Part shown: piece by piece, positions 46,995 to 56,553 of the stretch | How the letters are laid out: each line of letters starts with the position of its first letter | Position numbering within the stretch: position 1 is the first letter of the stretch | Assembly (NCBI GenBank): GCA_021739625.1 | Contig: JAIPBJ010000002.1 | Location: forward strand, 13,137-77,136 | DNA length: 64,000 nt | Direction: 5' to 3' | From: Flavobacteriales bacterium | GTDB lineage: Bacteria > Bacteroidota > Bacteroidia > UBA10329 | Program-made: the position numbers and the translations under genes | The notes under the pieces: model-generated | The model's input: only the letters and a program-made list of their open reading frames with translations | Told to the model about the DNA's origin: nothing | Databases searched by the model: none

Positions 46995-48572
46995 CTATTT
47001 CAACCGCTCCTTCTTCCCGATGCTGTCAATCTTCAATCCCACGATGGCGAACTTAAGCCAGTTACGTCTGCGCAGGTCGAAGAGGTGGTCGATGATGCTG
47101 CTGAGCATACCGTATTTGGTCTTGGTGAAGGGATACCAGTTGGGGTCGATGTTGCCGCTATCGGCATCCACCAGCACCGACTTGGCATTGCTGAAGGTGA
47201 GTAGCCCCGCCTCGCCCTTGTAGCGCCCGAAACCGCTGTTCTTCGTGCCCCCGAACGGCAGGTAGGGATTGCCCTCGTTCAGCATGTGGTTGTTGATGCT
47301 CAGGTTGCCCGTCTTGATGGCCGATGCCACACGTCTCGCACGGGTGATGTCCTTGCTCCACACGCTGCCACCGAGGCCGTAGTCGCTGTCGTTGGCGAGG
47401 CGGATCACCTCTTCCTCCGTTCTGAACTTCATGATTGGGATCACAGGGCCGAAGGTCTCCTCCTTCATCAGCTCCATGGTGTGATCCACATCCACCACGA
47501 TGGTGGGCAGAAAATGGTGCGTGCCTGCCTCGCGCTTGCCTCCGCACAGCACCTTGGCGCCTTTCTCCACCGCATCCTTGATGTGGCTTTCGATGATCTG
47601 CAATTGAAACTCGGTGGTCACGCAGCCCACATCGCAGTCCTCAGGGTCGGTGATGTTGCGATTGGCGTGTGATGGGCGCAGTTGCTTGGTGCGATGCACG
47701 ATCATCTCCACGAACTTGTCGAAGATGTTCTCGTGCACATAGCACCGCTCCACCGAGGTACATGACTGCCCCGCAGTGGTGAAACCGCCCCACATGATGC
47801 CGTTCACTGTGCGCTCTATGTTGATGTCCTCGAAGACGATGGCCGCATCCTTGCCGCCCAGTTCCAGATCCACGGGGATGAGGTGACCAGCGGCCTGCGC
47901 CATGATCTTCCTGCCCGTGCGGCAGCTTCCTGTGAAATGGATCTTGTCGGGACGAGCATCGATGCACCGTTGTCCGGTGATGCCCGTGCCATAAACCACC
48001 TGAATGGCATCTTTCATGAAACCGCTTTTGGCGATGATGTCCTCGATCACGCCCTGCATCGGGGTCACCTCGCTGGGCTTCGCCACCACCGCATTGCCGC
48101 AGAGAAAGGCCATGACGGCAGGCACCAGCACCTGATAGAGCGGGTAGTTCCAGGGCGGGATGATGAGGATGGTGCCCAGCGGCTCGTACCATATCTCGCT
48201 CTTCTTGCCCACCAGCACGATGGGCGTGGGCACGCTGCGGTTCTTCAGGAACTTGGGCGCGAGCTTGGCGAACACGTCCATCACATCGATGATCTCGAAC
48301 ACCTCTGATGTGAAACCGTCCAGCCGCGACTTGCCCGTCTCTTTGATAATGCGGGTGAGCAGCTCCTCGCGGTGATCCATGATGTAGTTCTTGAGCTTCA
48401 CCAGCTCTGCCACGCGCTGCTCCACAGTCAGCGCACGGATGGCGGGCTCCATAAGCCGCGCCTTGGCGAAGATGGCCTTCACCTGCTGCTCGCTCGTTTC
48501 CTCTATCTGATAAAGTACGCTCTTGTCAATCGGGTTGACGACATCGATCCTGGTTGCTGTGGCTGTTTCCAT
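46995..48572 (-). CDS. aldehyde dehydrogenase family protein (class 3-like)
   Basis: 525 aa with a catalytic Cys region (GQSCTSVERCYV), a Glu active-site region (LELGGKDAAIVFED) and a Rossmann region (FTGSCRTGRKI). Confidence 0.9.
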   Translation of the reverse strand: METATATRIDVVNPIDKSVLYQIEETSEQQVKAIFAKARLMEPAIRALTVEQRVAELVKLKNYIMDHREELLTRIIKETGKSRLDGFTSEVFEIIDVMDVFAKLAPKFLKNRSVPTPIVLVGKKSEIWYEPLGTILIIPPWNYPLYQVLVPAVMAFLCGNAVVAKPSEVTPMQGVIEDIIAKSGFMKDAIQVVYGTGITGQRCIDARPDKIHFTGSCRTGRKIMAQAAGHLIPVDLELGGKDAAIVFEDINIERTVNGIMWGGFTTAGQSCTSVERCYVHENIFDKFVEMIVHRTKQLRPSHANRNITDPEDCDVGCVTTEFQLQIIESHIKDAVEKGAKVLCGGKREAGTHHFLPTIVVDVDHTMELMKEETFGPVIPIMKFRTEEEVIRLANDSDYGLGGSVWSKDITRARRVASAIKTGNLSINNHMLNEGNPYLPFGGTKNSGFGRYKGEAGLLTFSNAKSVLVDADSGNIDPNWYPFTKTKYGMLSSIIDHLFDLRRRNWLKFAIVGLKIDSIGKKERLK

Positions 48573-48682
48573 GCTTGTTTTCTGAGTCTTAAAATGGGAT
48601 TCCGAAAGTAGGGAATGGACAGGATGCGGACGCAGACAATTTTCCCTCCGCTTCCGCGTTCAATACATCAACTGCTTCTGCC

Positions 48683-49063
48683 ATGAAAAAGCCCATAGAA
48701 TATCCTAAGGTCATATACCGTTGGGAAAAGAAACGGGACCGCATGGTCGCCTCGTTGAAGACCCGTGTGGCCGAGTTCACCTTCAAATGCACCCACCATT
48801 TTGAGCAGCGTGCCGCCAAGCGGGGGCTTTCCATCGAAAAGATGCTCAAGGTCATTGAGTATGGAGAGGCCATCTTCAAGCAGGGACTCATCTTCTACAC
48901 CGTCACCAAGCGGTCCTTCCCTGCATACGCCAATGCACGTGACATCGAGTATCTTAACAACTGGGTGGTGGTGGTTGGCGATCATGGCGAGGTGGTGACA
49001 TGCTACCGCTCTGACAACGGTATCAGGTATCTGAACAGAAAGAGGGGCGATCGGGTGAGGTAG
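48683..49063 (+). CDS. DUF4258-like small protein (possible RelE-fold toxin-like, orphan)
   Basis: 126 aa. Central [34 protein letters not shown] matches DUF4258 as remembered. No adjacent antitoxin-like ORF. Confidence 0.45.
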   Translation: MKKPIEYPKVIYRWEKKRDRMVASLKTRVAEFTFKCTHHFEQRAAKRGLSIEKMLKVIEYGEAIFKQGLIFYTVTKRSFPAYANARDIEYLNNWVVVVGDHGEVVTCYRSDNGIRYLNRKRGDRVR

Positions 49064-49142
49064 CAGGAAAGCCACACATCGTATCCGGTTTACAGTTCCT
49101 GCCGGAATGTACTTTTGGCCGTCTGAATCAATCAGCGATTCC

Positions 49143-49841
49143 ATGAACAAAGTAGTCAGCGGCCCTGTTGCGGCCTTACAAGGATTGAAGGACGGCATGA
49201 CCCTGATGCTGGGCGGCTTCGGCCTCTGCGGCATCCCAGAGAACTGCATCGCAGAGCTGGTACGGATGAACATCAAAGGTCTCACCTGCATCAGCAACAA
49301 CGCAGGGGTCGATGAGTTCGGCCTCGGCCTACTCCTACAGAAGCGTCAGATCCGCAAGATGATATCCTCCTATGTGGGCGAGAATGCCCTCTTCGAGCAG
49401 CTGATGCTGAGCGGAGAGTTGGAGGTCGATCTCATCCCGCAGGGCAGCCTTGCCGAAAGGTGCAGGGCGGGCGGTGCCGGCATTCCCGCGTTCTTCACCC
49501 CTGCGGGCCACGGCACCGAAGTGGCAGAGGGCAAGGAGGTGCGCGTGTTCAACGGCAAGCCTCACATTCTCGAATCGGCACTCACGGCCGATTTCGCCAT
49601 CGTCAAAGCCTGGAAGGGCGACCACTTCGGCAACCTCATCTACAAGGGCACGGCCCGCAACTTCAACCCCATGATGGCGATGGCGGGGAAAATCACCGTG
49701 GCCGAGGTGGAGGAGCTGGTGGAACCGGGCGAGCTTGACCCCAACTTCATTCATACCCCGGGCATCTTCGTTCAACGCATCTTCCAAGGGGAGAAGTACG
49801 AGAAGCGCATCGAGCAGCGCACCGTTCGGAAAAGGGATTGA
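49143..49841 (+). CDS. scoA: 3-oxoacid CoA-transferase subunit A
   Basis: [11 protein letters not shown]-terminal signature and subunit A length. Confidence 0.9.
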   Translation: MNKVVSGPVAALQGLKDGMTLMLGGFGLCGIPENCIAELVRMNIKGLTCISNNAGVDEFGLGLLLQKRQIRKMISSYVGENALFEQLMLSGELEVDLIPQGSLAERCRAGGAGIPAFFTPAGHGTEVAEGKEVRVFNGKPHILESALTADFAIVKAWKGDHFGNLIYKGTARNFNPMMAMAGKITVAEVEELVEPGELDPNFIHTPGIFVQRIFQGEKYEKRIEQRTVRKRD

Positions 49842-49921
49842 ATACTGTTGATTGATTATTGATGATTCGGGGACAGGAGACCTTGAACCTGAAACGTGAA
49901 CCCTTAAACCTTTACAACCCT

Positions 49922-50578
49922 ATGGCACTGGACAAGAACGGCATCGCCAAACGCATAGCGCAGGAACTGCGTGACGGCTACTACGTGAACCTTGGCATCG
50001 GCATCCCTACGCTGGTGGCCAATTACATCCCCGAAGGGATAGAGGTCGAATTTCAGAGCGAGAACGGCATCCTCGGCATGGGACCGTTCCCTTTTGAGGG
50101 TGAGGAGGATGCAGACCTCATCAACGCTGGCAAACAGACCATCACCGCAAGGCCGGGCGCGTGCTACTTCGATTCGGCCACCAGTTTTGCAATGATCCGT
50201 GGGCAGCACGTACACCTTACCGTGCTCGGTGCCATGGAGGTGAGCGAGAGGGGCGACATCGCCAACTGGAAGATTCCCGGCAAAATGGTCAAAGGCATGG
50301 GCGGTGCCATGGATCTCGTGGCCTCGGCCGAGAACATCATCGTGGCCATGATGCATGCCAACAAGGCCGGAGAGAGCAAGCTTTTGCCCGAATGCTCACT
50401 TCCCATCACAGGGGTGGGATGCGTGAAGCGCATTGTGACCGAACTGGCGGTGCTCGACATCACTCCTGAAGGCTTCAAGCTCATCGAACGCGCACCCGGT
50501 GTTTCAGTTGAAGAGATCAAGGCACTCACGGCAGGACGTCTGGTGATCGAGGGTGAGATTCCTGAGATGCGGATCTGA
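49922..50578 (+). CDS. scoB: 3-oxoacid CoA-transferase subunit B
   Basis: Subunit B conserved region including the catalytic Glu context (SENGILGMGP) and subunit B length. Confidence 0.9.
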   Translation: MALDKNGIAKRIAQELRDGYYVNLGIGIPTLVANYIPEGIEVEFQSENGILGMGPFPFEGEEDADLINAGKQTITARPGACYFDSATSFAMIRGQHVHLTVLGAMEVSERGDIANWKIPGKMVKGMGGAMDLVASAENIIVAMMHANKAGESKLLPECSLPITGVGCVKRIVTELAVLDITPEGFKLIERAPGVSVEEIKALTAGRLVIEGEIPEMRI

Positions 50579-50633
50579 CCGCTGACCGGATTCCCGTCCG
50601 CCCACATGTCATGATCTGACCTGAGAATGGCTT

Positions 50634-50656
50634 CTTTGACGCGATAAACGTCAAAG
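50634..50656. promoter_or_regulatory. perfect 8-bp inverted repeat CTTTGACG-N7-CGTCAAAG upstream of the TPR-histidine kinase operon
   Basis: Lies about 50 bp upstream of the ATG at 50708, is not followed by a T-tract, and so looks like an operator rather than a terminator. Confidence 0.35.
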
Positions 50657-50707
50657 AGAATGCTACGTGGAATAACGTACTTTACGCGCAGTTTCACACG
50701 CCATCAC

Positions 50708-52660
50708 ATGTTGCGGAAAGGCCTGATGTTGTTTGTGTTCTCGCTCCTTGCGGCCTGTTGTCCGGTAGCGGGATTGGCGCAGAATGCCGACCTCGACAGC
50801 ATGCTGCAACTGTACCGCAGCCAACAGATCACCCCCAAACTTCTGAACGACCTCTGCTGGGCATACGTGTTCAATGGGCCCGACACTGCCCTGTTCTATG
50901 GAAGGCAGGCGCTGGCGCTTTCGCGGGAACAGGGAAATACGGGCAATGAGGCGACCGCCTTCAACCGGATGGGTGTTGCTTTCGATGTGAAGCACATGCC
51001 CGATTCGGCCCTGCTGTTCTATCATCAGGCAGTAGCACTGTCCGAAAAGGATGGAGAAAAGGCCACCACTGCTGGCGCGCTCAACAATATCGGACTCATC
51101 CATTGGAATCTTGGTGAACTGGACAAGGCGGTTGAATACTATGTGCGTTCAGCCGAGCTCTTCGAACAGATAGGCAACAACAAGGGGCTGGCAAACACCT
51201 ATAACAACATTGGCCTTGTGCTCTGGGACGATGGCAACCTTCAAGAGGCCATGGCCTACACTTTCAAAGCGCTCCGCATCAATGAAAAGCTGAAGGACAC
51301 GTACGGCATCGCAGCCAACTATACCAATATCGGCCTGATCCATGAGGATCTGAAGCAGTTGGACTCCACCGTCCATTATCTGCTGTTGTCCATTCCGCTC
51401 AAAGAGCAGTTGAAGGATGCTTTCGGACTCGCCAAGAGTTTTCACAACCTCGGTTTCGCGTATGAGCGGTTGAAAAGGTACGATGAGGCTGAGAGCTGCT
51501 ACAGAAAAGCAATCGTGCAAAGCGAAATTGTCGGCAATGACCGGGCCATGGCATCCACACTCATGCATCTGGCAGGAGTGCTCCGGCACAGGGGCGACAT
51601 GAAGGCGAGTTTGGACATGTTGGACAGGTCGGAGGCGCTATGCAAGCGGGAGAAGGACGGAAAACTCCTCTACAAGATCTTCGAGCAGCAGGCCCATACC
51701 CGCTATGCAATGGGCCACTATCAGCAGGCCGCGCAACTGTTCAGACTCAGCAGCACGGTGAAGGACAGTGTGGTCACGATAGAGAAGAGCGAGGCACTGG
51801 AGGAGTTGCAGACCAAGTACAGTTCGGCCGTCAAGGACAGGAAGATCGAGGAGCAGGAACGGCAGGTGGCCGAGGCCTCGGTGCTGGCCGAACGCAGAAA
51901 CACTTACATCGCATTGCTCGGTTCGCTGCTTATCATCCTGTTGCTGTTCGGGGCCGTGTATTTTCAGTTCACGCGCAGAAAGGCCGAGCAGATGCGCAAT
52001 GCGGCCATCATCCGCGAGCGGGAACTGGGCCTGCGGGCCATCATCAGTGCCACCGAGGAGGAGCGGAAGCGTATTGCCAAGGATCTGCACGATGGCGTGG
52101 TGCAGGGCCTCACGGGGCTGAAAATGCGTTTTCAGAACCAGCTTCGCAATGCCGATATGAATGCTGTTGAGAAGGAGAACTTTGTCCGGACATCATCCAT
52201 GTTGGACGAATCGATCAACGAGCTGCGCAACATCAGCCATCAGATGATGCCGCGCGCTTTGGGCGAACTGGGCCTGCTGCCAGCCCTCGAAGACCTGTTG
52301 GACAAGGCGTTCGGCCATACCGACATCCGTTTCTCCTTCGAGCACCATCGATTGGACGGGCAAAGATTCAATGAGGCTGTGGAAGTGAGCCTCTATCGCA
52401 TCACGCAGGAACTCATCAACAACATCATCAAACATTCGGGAGCCAAAGCGGTCTCGGTGCAATTGCTCAGAACGGCAACCCATCTGGTGCTAGTGGTGGA
52501 GGACAATGGCAAGGGGTTCAATTATGAGGACAAGGCCAACCGCAATGGCATCGGGCTGATGAACATCAGCAGTCGCGCCAAGGCATTGAACGGAGAAGTG
52601 GATTACGCGCCCAGCCCTCAGCAGGGCACAGTTGCAACCATAAGAATACCCATCGCATGA
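50708..52660 (+). CDS. TPR-repeat sensor histidine kinase (NarL/LuxR-partner type, HisKA_3 + HATPase_c)
   Basis: Signal/TM start, about 8 TPR units (…NNIGLIHWNLGELDKAVEYY…), a TM helix (IALLGSLLIILLLFGAVYF), an H-box (RIAKDLHDGVVQGL) and an ATPase domain (ELINNIIKHSGA..., GIGLMNI). Confidence 0.85.
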   Translation: MLRKGLMLFVFSLLAACCPVAGLAQNADLDSMLQLYRSQQITPKLLNDLCWAYVFNGPDTALFYGRQALALSREQGNTGNEATAFNRMGVAFDVKHMPDSALLFYHQAVALSEKDGEKATTAGALNNIGLIHWNLGELDKAVEYYVRSAELFEQIGNNKGLANTYNNIGLVLWDDGNLQEAMAYTFKALRINEKLKDTYGIAANYTNIGLIHEDLKQLDSTVHYLLLSIPLKEQLKDAFGLAKSFHNLGFAYERLKRYDEAESCYRKAIVQSEIVGNDRAMASTLMHLAGVLRHRGDMKASLDMLDRSEALCKREKDGKLLYKIFEQQAHTRYAMGHYQQAAQLFRLSSTVKDSVVTIEKSEALEELQTKYSSAVKDRKIEEQERQVAEASVLAERRNTYIALLGSLLIILLLFGAVYFQFTRRKAEQMRNAAIIRERELGLRAIISATEEERKRIAKDLHDGVVQGLTGLKMRFQNQLRNADMNAVEKENFVRTSSMLDESINELRNISHQMMPRALGELGLLPALEDLLDKAFGHTDIRFSFEHHRLDGQRFNEAVEVSLYRITQELINNIIKHSGAKAVSVQLLRTATHLVLVVEDNGKGFNYEDKANRNGIGLMNISSRAKALNGEVDYAPSPQQGTVATIRIPIA

Positions 52661-53313
52661 AAAAAGATTTGGAATCGGAGGAGATCAAGGTGATGGTGGT
52701 GGACGACCACCGCATTGTGCTCGATGGACTCTGCAGCATGTTGGAAGATGCCCAAGGTTTCAGGTGCGTGGCCACCTTGGAGAACGGTCAAGCGGCCTTG
52801 GACAGGCTCAAGCTCATCAAAGTGGACGTGGTGCTGATGGACATCGACATGCCGGTGATGGATGGCATTGAGGCCACCATCCGCATCAAACGGACCATGC
52901 CCGATGTGAAGGTCATCTCCCTGACCCACCACAACGAGCGCGCTATGGTGCAGCGGCTCATGGACTGTGGTTCTGACGGTTACATGCTCAAGAACATAGA
53001 CCGTGACGGACTGCTGGACGGCATTCGCAAGGTGATAAAGGGGCAGAGATACTTCTCGGAAGAGGTCACACGCAAACTTGCTGAGCGCGAAGTACACACC
53101 GCCTCCAGCGGTGCGCCTGCCGAACTCACCGAACGCGAGGCGGAGATTCTGCGCCACATCTGCGAGGGGCTTAGCAGCAAACAGATCGGTGAGATGATCT
53201 TCATCAGCCCGCGCACAGTAGACACTCACCGTACCAACCTGATGAACAAGCTTGACATCCACAATGTGGCAGGACTGATAAGGTTCGCTTTTCAGAATGG
53301 CATAATCGCGTAG
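52657..53313 (+). CDS. response regulator, LuxR/NarL family
   Basis: Start overlaps the kinase stop. Receiver domain (VVDDH...D at DVVLMDIDMP) plus a C-terminal LuxR HTH (LTEREAEILRHICEGLSSKQIGEMIFISPRTVDTHRTNLMNKL). Confidence 0.9.
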   Translation: MKKDLESEEIKVMVVDDHRIVLDGLCSMLEDAQGFRCVATLENGQAALDRLKLIKVDVVLMDIDMPVMDGIEATIRIKRTMPDVKVISLTHHNERAMVQRLMDCGSDGYMLKNIDRDGLLDGIRKVIKGQRYFSEEVTRKLAEREVHTASSGAPAELTEREAEILRHICEGLSSKQIGEMIFISPRTVDTHRTNLMNKLDIHNVAGLIRFAFQNGIIA

Positions 53314-53415
53314 TGCCGCATGTTGAATCGAGTTCTCCTTCAAACTGAGCACACGGTAGCTTATAGACGGCCTGTTGCAATCGCATGATTGGAAGGGGCA
53401 GTGCGGAATCTTCAT

Positions 53416-53423
53416 TATCTTTG
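53416..53423 (+). promoter_or_regulatory. -7-like element TATCTTTG upstream of the lipoprotein operon
   Basis: TAnnTTTG match 20 nt upstream of the ATG at 53443. Confidence 0.35.
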
Positions 53424-53442
53424 TCGCAACATTGATTTTCGG

Positions 53443-53847
53443 ATGAAGAAGATATCCCTCGTACTTCTGCTGCTTGGCATCGTTGGTTTTGCAGCTGCCT
53501 ATTTCATTTACAACAAACCTCACCGTGACATTGCTGCAGAGGATGCGGCATTCAATCTCACGGCCGATGAGCTGTTCGATGCCTTTGAGGCTGATGAGAC
53601 AGCCGCCAACGCCATCTATCTTGACAAGGTGGTGGCCGTGACCGGCACTGTGGCCGAGACCAGCGTGAACAATGCCGGCCAGACAGTCATTACGCTTATC
53701 GCTGCCAATGCCATGTTGGGCGGTGTGAGTGCCACCATGCAGGAGCAAGGCGCCCTCAGCGTTCCGGATGGTGCCGAGGTGACCGTGAAATGCCGTTGCA
53801 CAGGCTATCTGATGGACGTGATCCTGATCAACTGCTCGGTTCAATGA
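53443..53847 (+). CDS. hypothetical membrane-anchored/secreted small protein
   Basis: MKKISLVLLLLGIVGFAAAYFIYN signal-anchor, 134 aa. It is the first gene of three with overlapping start/stop codons. Confidence 0.55.
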   Translation: MKKISLVLLLLGIVGFAAAYFIYNKPHRDIAAEDAAFNLTADELFDAFEADETAANAIYLDKVVAVTGTVAETSVNNAGQTVITLIAANAMLGGVSATMQEQGALSVPDGAEVTVKCRCTGYLMDVILINCSVQ

Positions 53848-54548
53848 GAAAGTTCATTGCGTTGGGTGCTGTTGTGGCCCTGTTGGGCGCTGCCGGGTGT
53901 AAGCACGAGCCCCTCACTCCTTTCATCGATGGCCCGAATCCTGACACCACTGATGGTTGTGACCCTTCAACCGTATATTTTCAGAATGAGGTGATGCCCA
54001 TCTTTGCATCATCGTGTGCCGTTCCCGGCTGTCACGATGCCGCCACTGCCGAAAAGGACGTGGTCTTGGACAGTTATCTCAACATTGTCAACACCGGAGA
54101 TGTGAGTCCTGGAAATCCCGGAAACAGCGATGTCTATGAGATGATCACAGAAAATGACCCGAACGACCGTATGCCGCCACAGTCATCAGGGATCACCCTC
54201 ACACCCGATCAGATCAACACCATTTATGAGTGGATCGGCCAAGGTGCAGAGAACAATTTCTGTGCAGACAGCGGGCCGTGCGACACTGTGGCCGTCTCCT
54301 TTGCTGAGGACATTCAGCCGATTCTGTCAACCCACTGCCTCGGATGTCACAGTGGTTCGGCCCCGCAGGGCGGAGTTCTGCTCACCGGCCATCAGCAGGT
54401 GTCTGTGGTGGTGGCGAACGGACTGCTGCTGGGTGTGGTGAGCCATCTTCCGGGCTATGTTACCATGCCAAGGAACCAACCACGTCTGGCCGATTGCAAG
54501 GTGGCGCTCATACGCAACTGGATTGAACAGGGCGCACCCGACAATTGA
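53844..54548 (+). CDS. lipoprotein with two Planctomycete-cytochrome-c-like (PSCyt1-like) domains
   Basis: Lipobox LLGAAGC. Domain 1 is ...VMPIFASSCAVPGCHDAATAEKDVVLDSY...DRMPPQ...IYEWIGQGAENN (C-x4-CH). Domain 2 is ...IQPILSTHCLGCHSGSAPQGGVLLTGH...TMPRN...IRNWIEQGAPDN (CxxCH). The pattern matches PSCyt1 (V.PIL..C..CH...GGL.L......MPP......L..WI..GA) as remembered. Confidence 0.6.
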   Translation: MRKFIALGAVVALLGAAGCKHEPLTPFIDGPNPDTTDGCDPSTVYFQNEVMPIFASSCAVPGCHDAATAEKDVVLDSYLNIVNTGDVSPGNPGNSDVYEMITENDPNDRMPPQSSGITLTPDQINTIYEWIGQGAENNFCADSGPCDTVAVSFAEDIQPILSTHCLGCHSGSAPQGGVLLTGHQQVSVVVANGLLLGVVSHLPGYVTMPRNQPRLADCKVALIRNWIEQGAPDN

Positions 54549-54603
54549 CCAACTCCAGTCACCATCGGCCCAGGGCCGCAACGAGGCCATTGAAGACCAA
54601 CGC

Positions 54604-54951
54604 ATGGACAGAATTCTGATCGCTCTCTTTTTCCTTTCCCTCTTCGGACTTTCATCGTGCTATTTCGATGTGGAAGATGAGCTCTATGGAAACTGTGACA
54701 CCACTGCAGTGAGTTTCGCCACCGACATCTGGCCCGCCATAGAGACCACCTGTCTCACTGGATGCCACGCTCCGGGCGGAAGCGGCAATGGCATCTATAC
54801 CGACCATGCCTCGGTGTTGGCCAAAGTGACCAACGGATCCCTGATGGCCCGAGTGGTGGAACAGGCCAATATGCCGCCCAACGGTGGCCTGACCGACTGC
54901 CAACGGCAAAAATTCGAGGCATGGATATTGAATGGCGCACCGGACAATTAG
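54604..54951 (+). CDS. lipoprotein with one PSCyt1-like domain
   Basis: Lipobox FGLSSC, 115 aa: ...IWPAIETTCLTGCHAPGGSGNGIY...NMPPNGGLTDCQRQKFEAWILNGAPDN (C-x3-CH). It is a clear paralogue of the domains in the upstream gene. Confidence 0.55.
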   Translation: MDRILIALFFLSLFGLSSCYFDVEDELYGNCDTTAVSFATDIWPAIETTCLTGCHAPGGSGNGIYTDHASVLAKVTNGSLMARVVEQANMPPNGGLTDCQRQKFEAWILNGAPDN

Positions 54952-55016
54952 CCCCCCTGTCCGCCTGAGGCGGAGGAAATTCGGAGAAAATAAACATCTA
55001 ACCAATCCTTCAAAAA

Positions 55017-55571
55017 ATGAAAAAGTTCCTCTTCATTGCCATTGCGACAACTGCAGCCATCAGCCCTGCCCTTGCGCAGAAATATCTCAGTAAGAGTGCT
55101 CACGTGAGTTTCTATTCCGACACTCCTATGGAGAAGATCGAAGCCCATAACAGGCAAGGCACCACGGTGGTCGATTTCGAGAAGAACGAGATGGTGTTCA
55201 CAGTGCTGATGAAGTCCTTCGAGTTTGAGAAGGCCCTCATGCAGGAGCACTTCAACGAGAAGTATGTCGAATCTGCCACCTATCCCAAGGGCACGTTCAA
55301 AGGGAAATTCACCCCGAAAGGAGAGATTGCCCTTGTGAAGGACGGAACATATCCCGTGACCGTGGAGGGCACCATGGAGATCAAGGGCAAGACCAATGCT
55401 GTGACAGCTGAGGGCGTGTTCACAGTGAAGGGCGGCAAGGTGAGCGGAACATCAAAGTTTGAGATCAAATTGGCCGATTACGGTATCAAGATCCCTGGTG
55501 CGGTGAAGGACAACATTGCTGAGACAGTGCAGGTGAACGTTGATGCCCAGTATGATGCATACAACAAGTAA
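55017..55571 (+). CDS. YceI-family periplasmic polyisoprenoid-binding protein
   Basis: Signal peptide, 184 aa, YceI-like beta-barrel pattern (KSAHVSFYSDTPMEKIEAHN...TFKGKFTP...). Confidence 0.75.
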   Translation: MKKFLFIAIATTAAISPALAQKYLSKSAHVSFYSDTPMEKIEAHNRQGTTVVDFEKNEMVFTVLMKSFEFEKALMQEHFNEKYVESATYPKGTFKGKFTPKGEIALVKDGTYPVTVEGTMEIKGKTNAVTAEGVFTVKGGKVSGTSKFEIKLADYGIKIPGAVKDNIAETVQVNVDAQYDAYNK

Positions 55572-56526
55572 GCTGTTGGTGGCCCTGATGGCCACAGTCC
55601 TTCTTACAGTTCCCAGGGCCTTTGCGCAGGACGATCTGATGGACCTGCTGAACGAGGCGGAGCCCGAGGTGGCCAAGACCGATTATACCATCGCCACCTT
55701 CAAATCGACCCGCCTCATTGCAGGCCATAGTCTGGAGACCAATGCCCAAGGCGTGCTCAGCGTGCTCATTGGCCACCGGTTCGGACGTGTCAACGAGGGG
55801 GCCAAGGAATTTTTCGGCATCGACAATGCCAAGATCCGACTCGGCTTCGAGTATGGCATCACCGATAATTTCAATATCGGCTTCGGGCGGAGCACTTTCC
55901 AGAAGGTGTATGACGGTTTTCTGAAATACAAGGTGCTGCGCCAGAGCAAAGGCCAAAAGAAGATGCCCATCAGTATGACGCTCTTCGCCAGCATGGCCAT
56001 CATCTCACAGGATTTTGCCGACCCTTCGCGAGAGAATTATTTCACCTCGCGCATGTTCTACAGCTATCAGGTGATGATCGCACGCAAGTTCTCAGAAAGA
56101 CTTTCGTTTCAGCTCACGCCCACCATCGTACACCGCAACATTGTGAAGACGGCTGACGATGCCAATACGGTGTTTGCCCTTGGTGCGGGCGGCCGGGTGA
56201 AGCTCACTGGCAGTCTCGCCATCAATGTGGAATACTACTGGGTTCCGCCCAATCAGATCGTTTCGCAGTTCGATGCGCAGAACGTGCATGACTCCTTTTC
56301 CATCGGCCTCGATCTGGAGACGGGAGGCCACGTTTTCCAGATCCATGCCACCAACTCGCGCGGGCTGCACGAGAAGGCCTTCGTCACTGAGACCAATGGC
56401 AATTGGGGCGCGGGCGACATCCACATCGGATTCAACATTAGCCGGGTGTTCACCGTCTATAACAAGAACAAGGTGAAGGCGAGACGGGCAGCGAAGCAGG
56501 CCAACAAGGCCGCCACGGCCGGTTAG
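55555..56526 (+). CDS. hypothetical outer-membrane beta-barrel protein with basic C-terminal tail
   Basis: Signal peptide MHTTSKLLVALMATVLLTVPRAFAQ, beta-strand periodicity, and a Lys/Ala-rich tail (KNKVKARRAAKQANKAATAG). Overlaps the YceI gene 3' end by about 17 nt in another frame. Confidence 0.6.
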   Translation: MHTTSKLLVALMATVLLTVPRAFAQDDLMDLLNEAEPEVAKTDYTIATFKSTRLIAGHSLETNAQGVLSVLIGHRFGRVNEGAKEFFGIDNAKIRLGFEYGITDNFNIGFGRSTFQKVYDGFLKYKVLRQSKGQKKMPISMTLFASMAIISQDFADPSRENYFTSRMFYSYQVMIARKFSERLSFQLTPTIVHRNIVKTADDANTVFALGAGGRVKLTGSLAINVEYYWVPPNQIVSQFDAQNVHDSFSIGLDLETGGHVFQIHATNSRGLHEKAFVTETNGNWGAGDIHIGFNISRVFTVYNKNKVKARRAAKQANKAATAG

Positions 56527-56553
56527 TGTGCCGGTCTGTGGTCGGCCACCGGA

